Source of the DNA: Folioceros fuciformis
Taxonomy: Eukaryota
Direction of reading: 5' to 3'
DNA length: 52,652 nt
Assembly: GCA_049999805.1 (NCBI GenBank)
Contig: JBNGIO010005956.1
Span: forward strand, 76,614-129,265
Every line of letters begins with the position of its first letter. Position 1 is the first letter of the stretch. Made by a program: the position numbers and the translations under genes. The notes under the pieces are model-generated. The model was not told the DNA's origin. It searched no databases and saw only the letters and a program-made list of their open reading frames with translations. Positions 22,600-38,962 of the stretch are shown here, in pieces.

Positions 22600-22850
22600 T
22601 AAGTATCTGCAGATAAATGGAAGCGTGGGAAGATCAATTCCACCCCGCATTCTTCTCAGGGAAAGTCTCAGACACAGCATCCGTTCTTCCAGGCTCCTGC
22701 ATTTCGCACACACATTGAATGAGAAAGCTTCCACCTCAGAATCCGATCCAAGTCCCAGCTCAGAAGCCTTGCCCCTACGCTGCAAAGCTGCTGCAGGCTG
22801 CATCGCCCGGTTCAGCTCTGCACCTGTAAGGTCCTCAGCAATCTATGTTG
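22600..22850 (-). pseudogene. Decayed PLS-PPR fragment immediately upstream of the DYW:KP gene
   Basis: Frameshifted L/S-like peptides 'AACSSFAA', 'GSFLI/NVCAKCRSLEE', 'VFETFPEKN.GWN'. Confidence 0.5.
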
Positions 22851-23685
22851 CGGGCGTCTCAAAATCAAGCAATCACAAGATACGTTTTCGCCAAGGGCTC
22901 ACAATCTTCTTGTCATCCAGGACGCCAGTTTCCGTCTCTCTCAACCAGAGGCTGAGCCCAATTTCATCACCCTTTCAGGTAAAGTTATCTGGAAACGATC
23001 TCCTTTCGCAAGGAACCATAAAAAGATATCTAAACCATTAAAAGATATGTAAAGTAAGAGATTGTAAAGAATATGTAAAGCAAGAGATGAAAAAAAAACA
23101 TAGCTTCGATTGTCATTGTCTGTAAGGTGTCATTTTGACTGTTTCAGTCCTCTGGTTTGGAATATGGATAAGGACACCACTTGTATAATATATAGTCCAG
23201 TATTTTTAATTTTATGGATATGAACTGCATGGGCAGTGTGTGGTTATTAGGGCATCGCCAATATGGCCATCACCAAAGGATGACTCTTTTTCTTTCTTGA
23301 CACACCGCTGAACAAAATACTTTTTTTTTTGGGACAAAATGTCATCATGGTTTTTAGGGTTCGAGCGCACATAGAAACCAAATCACCATGCTTGTTGTCG
23401 CCTCCTTCTTGTGAACCTAGTCCATTCTCTCTTGAGGCAAGGGTCATAGCCAAGCAAGTCTAGTTCCTTCGAGGCAACAATCATGTTGCAACACCTTCGA
23501 CTACATAAAGGTAGGGAGAATGGAACCATACCATCTTTATTCCAAGCATCTGAGGGCAACATGATCCAACAACAGTTTATGGACAAAAAGGCAAACTCTT
23601 GCATACTATTTCTAAGACCAAAGAAGACAAATGTCGATCAACGCCCATGGAGTGGTCTCATTCTCTGTCCATAACTGCAAGTACA

Positions 23686-23850
23686 CCTCCAATGGCTTCA
23701 TCTTGTTCCTGCACTTTGTACGCAACATTGTTAAAGCCAACCTCCAATGGCTTCATCTTGTTCCTGCACTTTGTACGCAACACTGTTAAAGCCAACCTCC
23801 AATGGCTTCATCTTGTTCCTACACTTTGTACGCAACATTGTTAAAGCCAA
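23686..23850. repeat. 55-bp tandem repeat x3
   Basis: CCTCCAATGGCTTCATCTTGTTCCTGCACTTTGTACGCAACATTGTTAAAGCCAA at 23686, 23741, 23796. Confidence 0.92.
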
Positions 23851-24035
23851 GTGCAGCTCATACATGTCCGGGAGGAAGTTCATACTCTCCAAGCCCTGTG
23901 CATACGCATACGACAATGATTAAAATATGCACTTGCAAGACAAGTTGCAATTGTAAGTTATAAGGGCATATGAAAGGCAAGATTAGAGGCACTCTGCAAG
24001 GGTTTCTGCAACTACACTCCATTTGGTCATTTGCA

Positions 24036-24171
24036 ACACAATGTGGAAGGGCTCCGCAAGGCCTATAGCAAGGGACACAATGTNNNNNNNNNNCACAATG
24101 TGGAAGGGCTCCGCAAGGCCTATAGCAAGGGACACAATGTGGAAGGGCTCCGCAAGGCCTACAGCAAGGGA
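24036..24171. repeat. 39-bp tandem repeat (>=3 copies, spans an N gap), followed by a TGCAAG-rich degenerate tract to ~24850
   Basis: CACAATGTGGAAGGGCTCCGCAAGGCCTATAGCAAGGGA repeated. Confidence 0.85.
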
Positions 24172-25464
24172 ATCCGCATCCTAAACCTGCAAGGTTATGT
24201 GCATCGTGGAATTTGCAATGCAAATAGCAAGGCAACTTGCAAACAAAACCTTCAAGGCAAACCTACATTTGCAATTCTCATTTATAGGTTCCACTTGTTC
24301 TTTACGATTGCATGATTCAAGGCCATCTGTAAGACAATCTAGACTAGCCATTTGCAAGGAAATCTATAATTAGGATCAGCACCCACACACTACCCTTGCA
24401 ACCCCTAAAGCCATTTGCAAGCCCAACCGCATGGCACCCTTAGCTGAAATTAAACCCTGCAATCCCTCCTTCGAGCTGCTCACCCCAGGGTGTGTGAGAG
24501 AGTGACACCCACAACACTTTGCAATCTGCAAAGCAATATGAGGGGCAAGTTGTATGGCAACTGGTCCAAGGACATTGTGCAATGTAGTTAGCAAGGGCAA
24601 TTTGCAAGTTTCACTTAGTCTTCAAAGCTTTAGGGTCCTACAATCTCCAATGCAACACCCACAACAATTGGCAATCTACAAGGACACTATGCAATGTAGT
24701 GTGCATGGACCGTCTAAAATGTAGTGTGCTGGGACAATCTACAATCCATCGTGCAAGGACAATTTGCAAGTTCTACCCATTGTGCAAGGCAATTTGGAAG
24801 GTCAATGCAATCTAGTGGGACAATCTACAAGTGCAAACTAAGGTCTAAGGGTTTCCTACATGATGTGAGGGGAAAAATAATATCATCAAGCTTGTGCATT
24901 GAGAAGAAAGAAAGTTATGGAGTAGAAAAAAATGCTCATTGTTCCTAATCAATCCGTAGTCATCATAAAGATGGAAGAAACAAAGTCTATACCATAGGAC
25001 AATACATAATGTGTCTTGGAACCCTAAAACATATATGTATGCCAAAGATACCGTAGAATATTCGTGTACAGCATATGGTTGAGAAAAAAAGACCTAATCG
25101 GGCATCATATGTCCATATTAGTATTCCATACTTCAAACCACATAGCTTTGTTACTCTTGGGCCTATATTGAGCATAGATCTAAATTTTCACCCACCTTAG
25201 TCTTGAAATCTTTTTTCTACTTCTTGGAATTAGGATCAAGCTCCATTTGCAATCAAATTAACACCTACTATGTGGTCATACCAATTATAAACCGAGCCTT
25301 TTTGAAATTGTCAATCCTCGAAAAAAACGAAGGCTTAGAACCTAGGCTTATTTATTTTTGCTATTTCAAAGTAATCACTTCATATATTGTTTAACTTTCA
25401 AAGTGAACACCTCTCTCCATTCCTACAACATAAAGAGAAAGAAAAATCTTGTCCATTCCATTCT

Positions 25465-25752
25465 ATACTTTCATCCCTTTGTTCTTTAGACTCATGGGCT
25501 ATGGACAAGGACTTTTCAAGGTTCATCAAGGAATGCATGAAGGTCTATTAGAGTCATAGGAATGAGGTTCTCCCTCTTTCCTTTGTGTGGTAGCCTTGTT
25601 TGCAAAGAGCATTGGCCAATGTGGTGTTTAGAACAACAACAAGCGCAGATCAACATATGAGGTTTGAAGCAGCTTCTGATCTTTGGCCCTACTCGGGATT
25701 TTTCTCCAATCTTTGGAGTAGATGAGACTTTCCATTTTTTTTTAATAATAGA
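25465..25752 (+). mobile_element. CRE-like non-LTR retrotransposon 3' fragment, copy 3 (internally deleted)
   Basis: CTTTCATCCCTTTG...GGACTTTTCAAGGTTCATCAAGGA...CTTTGGAGTAGATGAGACTTTCCATTTTTTTTTAATAATAG: same 3' end as copies 1 and 4. Confidence 0.7.
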
Positions 25753-26792
25753 AAATAATTATCCTTCCGTGACAAAGAAAACAATCCTCGTGAAGACACT
25801 AAGAATATGGCACTAAACTAATTAGTGTTCCCTTTCTAAGCTAATCTGTAAGGATTGATAACGTATGATCCAGTAGTAAAGAAGTATATTTATATATGTA
25901 CATAAAAATATCGGTATTAAAATATAAATTATTAATACAAGTTAGTTTTTTTTCACCCAAATCAAAAAGCTACAACCCACCAAACGGCCCGTGCCGATAT
26001 GTGTGTGTATGTATGTATATACATAGCTAGACACATATATAGGAAAGCGCGTATGCAGTGGCGCGGGCACAACAGGGGAGAGGAAGGCAACAGGAGCTTC
26101 CGCCAGCCCGGTTCGGGCCGCACTGCCGCCCCGGGCCCGGCGCAAACAGAACAAGAAGTTGGCGACAATCCCGGCACGATGTCAGAAACCCTCGGCCGGC
26201 GCTGCCTGCAGGCACAACCTCCGGACTTGTGGGCGCAACTTGTGCCACAGGCGTATCCAGTCGTCTGAGTACGCTCAGCCGGTTGCCGGTTGGCGTTGCA
26301 GATGGAGGCTCCCTCAAGTCCCCCCGGTCCCCGCTTGTGCTTCGACTGCTCGGAAAAGCGTGTTGACCCACCGGTCTTTCTTGCGGGCTATCTGTCACCG
26401 CCCGGTTCGCCTTCTTCTGCATTGTGCTTGCTCTGCAGGCAAGACTGTGTGTGCCTCTGCAGCCTCGCCAGCCGGACCGATCTGCAAGCTCGAGTGCGCC
26501 GGCCGAGCCATTTCTAAGTCTCCGAGCCATTTCTGAGTCTTGGGGATGCTGCTGCTGCCGCTGCAGCGCCAGAGGCGGCAAGGGCGGTGAGATCGAGTGT
26601 CGGGTGCCGGGAGGCTGCAGATTCGGGTTGTGCGTTGCCGATCTGCGGTTGGAGGCGGTGATCCTGGTGGTGGGTTTTCGGAGGAGGGTCTGCAGGAGGA
26701 GGAAGAGCGGCAGCAGCATTCCGCTGCTGGGAATCGGAGCGAGGAGCTGTTGCGGACTTTATGTTCTCGGGAGCGGGAGGAGAGCATCGGGA

Positions 26793-29449
<2,657 letters not shown>

Positions 29450-30182
29450 GAAAGGGAGCGCTTGATGCTTTCCACAGGCAAGCCCTGCGCATGAGTGGTC
29501 CCCTTCCTGGGACCCTGCCAGGAGGCGCTGGCTGCCTGGGCTGCATGTTACTGGTGCTTTGCTTGTTCCTTACAATGCCGCTTCCAGAGGCAAAATCAAA
29601 GTGCAAAGTCTGCCCCAAGGGGCAGTCAGCGCACATCAACTGGCTGGTAAAGAGATACTTGAGATGCTGGAAGGCCCATACTGAGAGGGTATGGTATGAG
29701 AGTTTCGGGGTTGGGGAAGCAGAGGCTGGTGCTGGATGCTTCCATCTGTGCCTAAGCAGTTATCACTCCGTAGTGATTGGAGAGACTTGTATTTTGAGAA
29801 TAATGTCGTTGTACTAGTCCGCCCTGTAGTCAGCATGGAGGTTCTCTGCTGCTCTTGGGCAAGGACAGGATTTTGCGGCGTCCCAGAACCCTCTGTATCA
29901 GCGGTTTGGTTGGGGTTTGAGTGAAGCTTTGCCTTTGCACCCGGTGAGGAATGCTTAGTCTGTCACAGCAGGCCAACCAGATCGGGTATAAAGTTCGCCG
30001 AGCACCAGTGCCGAATTTGAAAGGAGCCAACGGCGTCCAGAGGTATACAGATACATTATTTATAACGCCACAACAGGGCGGCTTTAGGCGTTCGCTCGCA
30101 CCTTCAAGCACGGGAAAGTCCGCCTTTTCACAAAAAAGTTCACATGTATTACATTTGCGGCGCGCAAGGTCCTGAGTAAGTT

Positions 30183-32191
30183 CTAATCGATAACCCTAGT
30201 GTACGAGTGGCCAGCAAAGCGATTGTAGCAAGCGGAAAACTGGGCCATGACAACTTGCAAACCAGCCTGCACATCACAAACACACGTGGTCTTATCCGCG
30301 AGCCACACCTCACGCAGAAACCGGTAGATCTCAGACAGGTAATGCCGTACCTGGATTTTCGAAGGCAAGGATTTCCAGAAGTCTAGGTTGGGAATAGCCT
30401 GCCACGAGACGCAATCACCGTTAACTGGCGGACGTAATGGCAGGTTTTCGGAACGGAACAACTTGGTACCTGGCAGGTGATGGGCACACAGCGTACCTCC
30501 AGGCCACTTACTCCCAAAACTGTCATGCGGTAAGCAATGCCAACGGCAAGGTACACTATGAAAAGACAGAGAAATCTGCATCATATATACTTCATCAGAA
30601 CTGCAACGAGTGATTTTGGTTAGAGGAGGCCATCCGAGGGGAACGTTTTCAAGGGCGAAGCTCACATGATGAGAAGCATACCGAACCAGCCCATCCCTCC
30701 ACCTTTCAGGGAAGTCACAACTGGGCACCCGGCAGGATGTTTGATACTTGTTATCTGCACCAACATCAACCACCGTCGTCACTGAGAGAACGCTTCTGTG
30801 TCCAGTGCGATGTCTTTTGCATTTTTCGGATCTAAAATCGCAAGAAGGGAGCGAAATACACATAAACGTGACCGGTGATGCTTACAAATTGACAGTCCCC
30901 ATTTGCACCCTTGACAACCGCTTTAGGAGGCTGCAAAACAGCTGAGCAAATGATGGTGTGCATGGAGAGACAGCATGTAGGAACGACACAGGAAAAAGGG
31001 ATCCGGACAGAAGTTAACCACCATACGAAAAATTTGGGGAACAGTAGTTGACAGAGGACAATAATTGGGGAAAGGGGGGAAATTCTGAACATACCTCTGC
31101 ACCTGATTTGGAACACAGTATGGACACCGACAAAGAACAAGAAATCCCATTAGCACTTGCTGACATATTAGCAATTAGACCTTCTTCAGGATTCTGGGAA
31201 TCTGTGCAAACAAGTACAACACAGTTGGTACACCACATTTCACGCACAGCTACTTTACTACTCAACTTCACATAAGACAGGCCAGTGTACCCAAAAGTGT
31301 GAAAACTGTGCTTGATGCATATCCGAGAGTTGTGCAGATTGAGTACCCTGCAGCATGATTGCCAAGTCACAGGCAGTTTTCACAAAGGTGTACCTTGAAT
31401 CAACAATGAGCAGACACATCAAAACGACTTGAAACGAGATCAGCAGGGATCTCAGCAAACCTGGATAATGAACTGCGTGGAGTGCACTACATGTTTCACC
31501 ACAATGATCAGGCCCACCACATGACTACAAACGAGCCAAGTCTGTCGTGTGAGGACACAATACATTGACACATTTCATGAAGCGATGTTCACTACAAACA
31601 GGAAAAGAAAAAAAAGAGCAAGGCGTGAAGACGGCACTCACTTGACAATTTTCGCACACTGGTGGGTCATGGTTGAACTTCATATGCTCACATATCTGCA
31701 CAAAAATTTCCAATGTAAAAACCAAGATCAGCAAGACAGCTTCCACAACTGACATTCTCTTCCCACAGTACACAGAGTGTGAGTTAGCATTCCCAACCTG
31801 AAACCAGAAGGTGGACTCGTAGCCTGTGTCGGCATCTTTTTGGATGACCTTGTAAAACCTAAAACCTTGGCAGTAAGTATCACTTCTAGGTCGGGTTTAC
31901 TGCAATCGCCAGCTTTCCAACCCACAGCAGCAGCATCGATTGCACTTCTATCAGTCCACCCAGGCTCCAGTGACAAGCCGGCACTCCCCAAGCTCAGCAT
32001 CAGTGTCAAAGTTCTTACCCATCCTCGCTTCGGACCCCATGTGGATAATTGGTCACCGAAGTGGCAATATCGAAATCATATCTCTTGTTCTGCGTGGCCG
32101 TCTGCCAGGCGCACACCTGAGCATTCACCAAACTGGCACTTGCTACCAGCACAACAACAATCGTTACCATCACCACATCGTCCATCATCAT
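30183..32191 (-). CDS. ATG27 / mannose-6-phosphate-receptor-like type I membrane protein (At2g40316-like), 11 small exons
   Basis: Spliced peptide: signal peptide MMMDDVVMVTIVVVLVASASLVNA, YPHGVRSEDG|FYKV...FWFQ|ICEHMKFNHDPPVCENCQ|SCGGPDHCGETCSAL...|...KHPAGCP...GWFGMLLII|FLCLFIVYLAVGIAYR...|AIPNLDFW...|...YTRVID*. All introns GT-AG. No single ORF in the track covers it. Confidence 0.85.
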
Positions 32192-33405
32192 CCTGTTCAG
32201 TCAACACATGCGCTATTGGGGACCTGCAGGAAGAGGAAGAGAGTACTCAAATGACCGGGGAACTCGAAAGGCCTTAGTGCAGCGAAAGGACGACGAAATG
32301 CTTGTAATCCCTCGCACCTGATCTGGGCCCTCTGCTGCACATGCTCGGGCAAGGAAACCATAATCCACTTCCAATTGTAGATGCCGCCGTACCACACATT
32401 CTTGCAGTCCTGTCCGGACAGGCCCTCACTCGGCGCTTCTGATTTCCATCCACAGGGAAGGGTCGGATTGCCCTCAATTCCACTGAAGACGCACAAGACA
32501 ATGTCTTCTCAACACAAGCTCATCTGATCTCCCTCCAGGGCGCGCAACGCAGCAGAGGACAGCAGCCTACGAGACCAACAACATGCCTCGATATTCCGTA
32601 CGGAACACAATTAGACGATCTCTAACGTAGGGTAACCTGGAGGAACAATGCCTAGTGGCTACCTCGGCGGCTTACAGCATGCGTCGATTATTCCAAAGAC
32701 AAAAATTCAGACTTTACACAACAAACCTCACGTTTCTCACGGGACCTGGTAGAACCCTTCTTCTGTACAAAAAGCAGAGATGATTCACATCGCGTTCTCA
32801 GGCAATGTTGGATCGTATAATTATCATGACTAGGCCAGGCACCTCAGGCTTACGTTATACAACGACTGTGTGGTGATTATTTCCCTTAGCTAGCGCTCAG
32901 CTTTCTGCCTGTCTGCATTGTCGCGTTGCTGAATAATGGATTTGCAGGGCCTGGGAGATGCAAGAATGATGGGACTTATTCCCACAAAAGCATGTTGGAG
33001 CAGACGGATGATTACACGAGCACTACAACGATGCGTGCGAGTTGCCGAAACGTTAAATGTCCTTTCCTGCTCGGTCATCTGCACACACAACAGAGAGTTG
33101 CCACCATTGAACATTGGTTGCAGGGAAAGCGTTGACGAACATGGAAGCAAACTTCTCGAAGGCCCGAGGCAGGAAACCAACCACTCCTAAGGATTGGTGT
33201 AGAGGTGCACGAGGAGCTGGGCATGTAGGAGGGACACGAGCTCCTGCAGCAGCCCAGAACAATTTTGAGGGAGATGAACCAGACCAACCAGTCCTGACTA
33301 GTTCATCAGAAAATCGAGTACGATCAGTACCTTGATTTCAAGGGTCCGACACACAGAACTGTACAGAAATTGCCAGGAACACTACCAAGACCACCGAGCC
33401 ACTCT

Positions 33406-36084
33406 TCAACCCATGAAACGTCCCACACCGACATATTGGAGCCCATCCACCACCTCCTCCTCTTCTGCAGTTCGTTCTTGTTTTGTGCCTATCTCAGTAG
33501 TTCGGCGAGCTCCAAATCTTCTGGCACTGCGAACCATGTCTTTGGCTTTTCGATCGGGTGTCAGTCCAGCCAGCTGCATTTCTTCAAACACCTGGGGAAC
33601 CTGCAGAGTCCGTATCCGAGTTAGTCACTGTCTCGTGCTGACGGCGCATTCTGAAGGGTGGGCCTTTGAGTTGACCTGATCTAACTGACCAGCCTTCGTG
33701 AGACCCTTCATGAGTGTGGTGTAACTGACCACATCCGGAGACAATCCCTGTAGGGGACAATTGCGTAAACACATAAGAAATTTTGTGGACACATGAAGCA
33801 CAGGCGGACTACTGCTTCTTACAGATTCTTTCATATAATCCAGAACTTGAGATGCTTCCTCATGTCTTGCAGCAACTGCGAATGAGTTCAGAAGCACATT
33901 CAACATGAGCATGTTGGGCTCAATGCCATCTTCTTCCATTCGTTGAAACAGCACCACAGCTTGCTCGGCCATGCCCTGTCGTGCAGTAAAACGAGTTTCA
34001 TTCAGAGTCAGATCCCAGGCTGCGTACGTCATACGCGAGAGCTCAAATAGTAAGTGGCCAGCTAGACAGCAGCAGTACGTTGCAAAAGGTGGAGTGGGAG
34101 ATGGAGTAGAAACTGCCCCCTTACGACGGACACAACAATAAAGGCGGCTAACCTGTTTAGCATAGGCGTTTGCAAGCGCACAATAAACACTAGGACTGGG
34201 CTTCATGCCTTGCTCCTTCATGCGCTCCACACATTCAACAGCATCTCTATAACGGCCAGATTGGCCATAAATGTCAACTAATGTAGTGTACGTGATGACA
34301 TCACCAGTCAGATTAGACTCTCTCATTCTCTCCAGGAAAGAATCTAGTAGATCCCACCGTTTGGCAAGGCCCATTGCATTGATCATGATATTATATGTTG
34401 TGATGTCTGGGGGACATCCGTCCTTGTGCATTTGTACCATCGCACGTCGTGCATCCTTAAAATGACCTGCTTTACAATGGGCATACACCAGTGAGTTCCA
34501 GGACACCAGATCTGGTTCAATGCCTTCGGTGGACATCCGTTCAAACACCTGTTGAGCCTTCTTAGGCTGCCCCAGTTTGGCAAAAGTATCGATGACAATA
34601 TTGAAGACGTGCCTGTTGGGTGGAATATTGGCAGCATTCATCTCTTGCATCATTCTTATCACACTCGCCCATTGGCCTGTATCCCTCAAACAGGCCATCA
34701 GCCTGCTGTACATAAAAGCGTTGGGCTGCACATTGTCAGCCTCCATGCCACGGACCATGGATCGTGCTTTCTCTAACTGGCCTGCCCTCGTGTAAAAGTC
34801 AAGAAGCACACCATAGCAGTAAGCATTAGGAGTCACTCCACTTTCTTTCATGATCCTGAGAAGGTTCTCAGCTTGCTCAAGCATTCCCTTCTTGGCATAA
34901 GCAGAAAGCAAAGCCGAATATGCCCGAAGTTTCGGAACTCCACAGTCTACCTTCATCTTCTCGAACAGGAGTTCTACATCCTGCGTCCTTCCAATGGGTC
35001 CCAAGGCCTCCATGAGCCCAATATAACCTTTAGCCTCACACGGAAAACCAGCCTTTCTCATTTTCTCCCATAACCCGAGCGCCTCAGCTGCCCCTCCAGC
35101 CTGAGCACACGCGTACACTAGGTCACTATACAACTTGGCATCTATGTCCACGTTGTCACCTAGCATCTTCTCGTAGACCTCCAATATGACGGAGAGATCC
35201 ACCTTGGCAATCACGCAAGCCTGAACCAGTTTGCTGTAGTTCAAGGCATCGGTCTGAAATCCCGCCAACTTCATTTCCCTAAGCAGATCTACTGCCCTCA
35301 CATGATCACCTTCGTGACAGCAAGCTCCGATGAGCGCATTGTACACAAACGCTCCCCAGGATCCACTACTTCGCCTAACTCTTTCTGCCAATTCAAAAGC
35401 ATCCTGGAGCCTGCCCAGCTTGCTCAGACCATGAATGATAATCGAGTACAGTACATCGTACGACTGACAAACACGATAGGCCTCGAGCCAGCCCAGTAGC
35501 TTCAGAGCAGCGTCACACCTTCCAAATATGCACATCCGTCTGACCAACTTGTTCCACGCAGACTGCGGCACTCCCTTATACACAAACACGGGCAGCTCCG
35601 CCGGATCAAACCCATCTGCACCTTCGAAGTACTTCACCAGTGGCATCAGATTCCACCCTGGATTCCACACCAATGAGCTATTCTTTGTGTCCAAATGCGG
35701 TAGCAAGCCGTCCTGGTCCTCTTCAATGGGTCTCCATTTCTGCCGCTTGATCCTCTTGAGCTTCGGCCACTGTTTTACGCCTTCCTGGCGCCACACCGTC
35801 TGCTCATCCCCCGAAGTGCTCAGCTCCACCTCTTGTCCTGCTTGCACACCGTGGCTCCTCAAATCCGTGGACAGCTCCTGGAATTTGTCCTGCTCTAGTG
35901 CCCCACAGCACAAGACAGAAATCCCTGTCTGCCTCTTGCCCCTCCAGCCGGAGGTCGCTCTTAGAGGACAAAAATTTGGGATCCCCAAGGGTCCAATGGG
36001 CTTCAAGGATAGCATGCTCTCCCAAGACCCAGATACATGCAGCTTCGCAGGACACAAATGCACATTCAGCAATTGCAGTTGCAT
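33406..36084 (-). CDS. CRP1: P-class PPR protein, CRP1-like (chloroplast RNA processing 1), 4 exons
   Basis: Exons 36084-34153, 33975-33823, 33747-33676, 33600-33406. About 14 P motifs colinear with Arabidopsis CRP1/At5g42310 as recalled (YNALIGAC, VQPNAFMYSRLMA, IEPDLVSWNSL, PDRKAKDMVRSA). Start Met uncertain. Confidence 0.82.
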
Positions 36085-36872
36085 TTCAACATCAGTCCGC
36101 AAACACACCGCACCCCAACATGGATTACTACCACAGCAAAGAGGCCTGGATAAGGATAGTGCCAGGATTGTGCTCTCATCCGGCCAGAAGACGCGAGTGG
36201 CCCTCAGCAACTGATGGGGTTCAAAGCTGCTCGAGCACCCGAAATAAAAAGAAGGAAAAGTACATTTATAAAGACATCCGGATTTCTTCAAATCCAGATT
36301 AACACATCAAGGTCGAACATGGAAATTAGTCATACGAGATCACCCACCTGATTGAATACTCAAAGGAACGTGGACATTGTTCACGATTTTCGCTTGTGCA
36401 GTGCGGGTGAAATTGAAGGAGAGGGGAATGTGCAGAACCTGGTGGAAAGTTTGCACTCGTGTAATCCTCACGAAAGGTTCCCTGACTGTATTCACTCTCC
36501 TGTCGAGAGGTGACTTAAGTTAAGTTACAGAACACTGCCTGCTAGCAAGGCACGTTTCAACTCTACATCCGGCATTTAGCACCCCTGCTGGATGCAACAC
36601 TTCAATTTTGGATGATGGATGATTTTGTACACGTAGCTTCTTTCGAAGCCCATTAGGCTATGCTGTCTCCTGATGGTACCACACAACAGTACAATGCCCA
36701 GTAAACTAACATGGGCAGCCTGATTGTGCAGTGCGCTATGTGTCACCTTTTCAGTACCTGCTAGTAGCCAATCACCTGATGATAGCACTGATGACTGCTG
36801 GAAACTTTTTCTGTGCAGGGCACATGCTGGACTGAAAGCCATGTGCCGATCCTTGACAATGAAAAAACGGTG

Positions 36873-38256
36873 TCAGGCTGTGAGTTGCTCGTCCCTGCCT
36901 CGGCTAGCTGACCGCAAGAAGAGTGTTACTGACTGCAAGAGGAAGTCAATTTGTTAATCCGAGAACTTAGTACTGTAACCAAGTTGAAAGATGTATTTGC
37001 TCGGGGGATGCTCACGGTACCTTGGTCACGATATGACAGAAGATCCCGATTGGACACATCATGAGGCAGAGAATCAAAGAGTGCCTTGTCTCGACACCGC
37101 TGCTGACTCCGTCGAGGTAAATTTGTCTGCCCCACGAACCTCGAAGCGTGTTAGGACACATGCTTGTGTGTGTGAACTCACTCCCAACGACGGAAGCTAT
37201 TTACCTGCCGGCAAAGAGGTCAGCAGCAAGCAGGTGGACCCATGCTGAGGCCACGGTCATGGTGCTGGAGAACATGCGAGTGATGCCAGGCAGCTGCACA
37301 ACACGCAGTCATAGTGGTTGGAACATGAAGCAATGACATTAGCGCATGAGCAGTGAGACAGCGATTCCGTACCTCCTCCTACCTCTGGCAACCAATACTT
37401 GCTAGAGAACATCAACGGCAGGGTTTCAGATGTGAAGGATAGAGCAAACAGATAGGCGTAGAGAGCCCCCAGAACAACGAAGGGAAAGTTGCTTTCCACA
37501 GCCCTTTTGGTCTGCAACATGAGGCCAGGGGGACGAACTATGCAGGTGAGAGTTCAGAAGCCCTGTCATGACGAGCAGCTCAGGGTGAAGACGACGCTGC
37601 AAGCAGAGGAGAAGAGACAAAAAGGGATGGAAGGTGAGGCTGTCACCCATTCCCACTTGGGCGCTACTATCATGATGGTATACAGGGGTACGACAAACGC
37701 GGTGGCAGATGTGAACAGGGCTCCTGCCAACTCCACACTCCCCGGACCTGCTTGGCCACAGCGGACAGAGACACTCATCTCGGATGCACCATCTACTCTC
37801 CATGAACGTGAACAACAAGGAACAACCACTGCTCTGCTCTGCCATGCACACCTGGAGTGATGGCCATAGACCTGATTAAGCTCCTGCACGAACTGAGACT
37901 GGGACTGGGACCGGGAGTGCCAGTCACCCGCTTCCATTTCAGCACATCTGTCCCCGTAGCTGTTGCTGGCTCGAGCCTGAAGTGACTCCCTCCACTTGCC
38001 CACCGAGGGGCACCGAACGCAGAGCAGTTCACAAAAGCTGAGACCGGGTTCTGGGAGTTCCCGATCTGCAACAGATAAAATAGGTCTCCATCAACAGAGA
38101 GAGCGTTTCAAGGCTGACCCTCTCGCTAACGCAGCAACAAGTGGCTACCAAGCCCACCTTGGGATAGCACAATATGTCAGCGCATCCCACCTTGTGCAAC
38201 GAGGCCTGCAGTTCTCCAAGCGAGATGCCATCGCAACGCAGAGTCGACATTGCCAT
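36873..38256 (-). CDS. ABA4: ABA DEFICIENT 4 (DUF4281, neoxanthin synthesis), chloroplast-targeted, multi-exon
   Basis: Spliced peptides [45 protein letters not shown]...[44 protein letters not shown]...[16 protein letters not shown]...[10 protein letters not shown]...*. The N-terminal transit-peptide exons are approximate. Confidence 0.88.
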
Positions 38257-38962
38257 CGCTGACGGAATCCAGCAAGGCGGAAGAGAAAAAAATCACTTCG
38301 CAAAACGAGATTCCTTCTGCCGATCCGTTTCCCCGGCCTCGTACAATTTGATCTGCTCCGTGCTCCGTTCCTCAGGCTAGCGACACGCGCAATCGAGAGG
38401 AGCGAGCGGAAACAAGCCTGAGAAGACGGGAGAAACACGGAACGCAATGCCCGAGCCGGAGGACGTGTCCGAGACAGTTTCGCTAGTCTCGCCACAACAA
38501 TTGACAGCAAGAGCCGTGCTTTGTACGTCCGGACGCACTGCACTTTGTCGGAATGTTGTGTACAATACGTAAGGGGGCGAATGGTGCATATGAAGGCGTT
38601 TGCCGACTTTCGACAAAGGGAAATAGATGGCAAATCAATTCCGCCCAGAAGTCGGATAAGCGGATAAGGCAAAACAAAAGGCCGTTGGCCAGACCGGCAA
38701 AAGCATTCCGTGTCAACTGAACATTAAGTCACGGACGCGCGACAGTTGATCCCATGACAGTCAGAGAAGCAGCTTCTGTCCTACAAGGCTGCACTTGCAA
38801 AGAGCTTGGTGCACAAGGTTCATGAATCGACCCCTTGCTCAGCCATCCCCTCTCCGATGGTCGTCTTCATCCCTCCTGGCCTCGTGGAATGGAAAGCAAT
38901 TAAGCGAGGAAGATCAAAGAAAAGAGGATGGGAGATGTTTCTGGAGATGAGGTACACGACGT

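Noticed and set aside
26424-26792. 123-aa N-terminal extension of the CDPK in the ORF track
   Set aside because: It starts at a non-ATG codon in a GC-rich leader. MGNC at 26793 is the canonical myristoylation start.
36085-36291. Longer N-terminus for the CRP1-like PPR
   Set aside because: The track ORF begins at a non-ATG codon and a plausible 5' UTR intron acceptor lies in this region. The ATG at 36084 is preferred.
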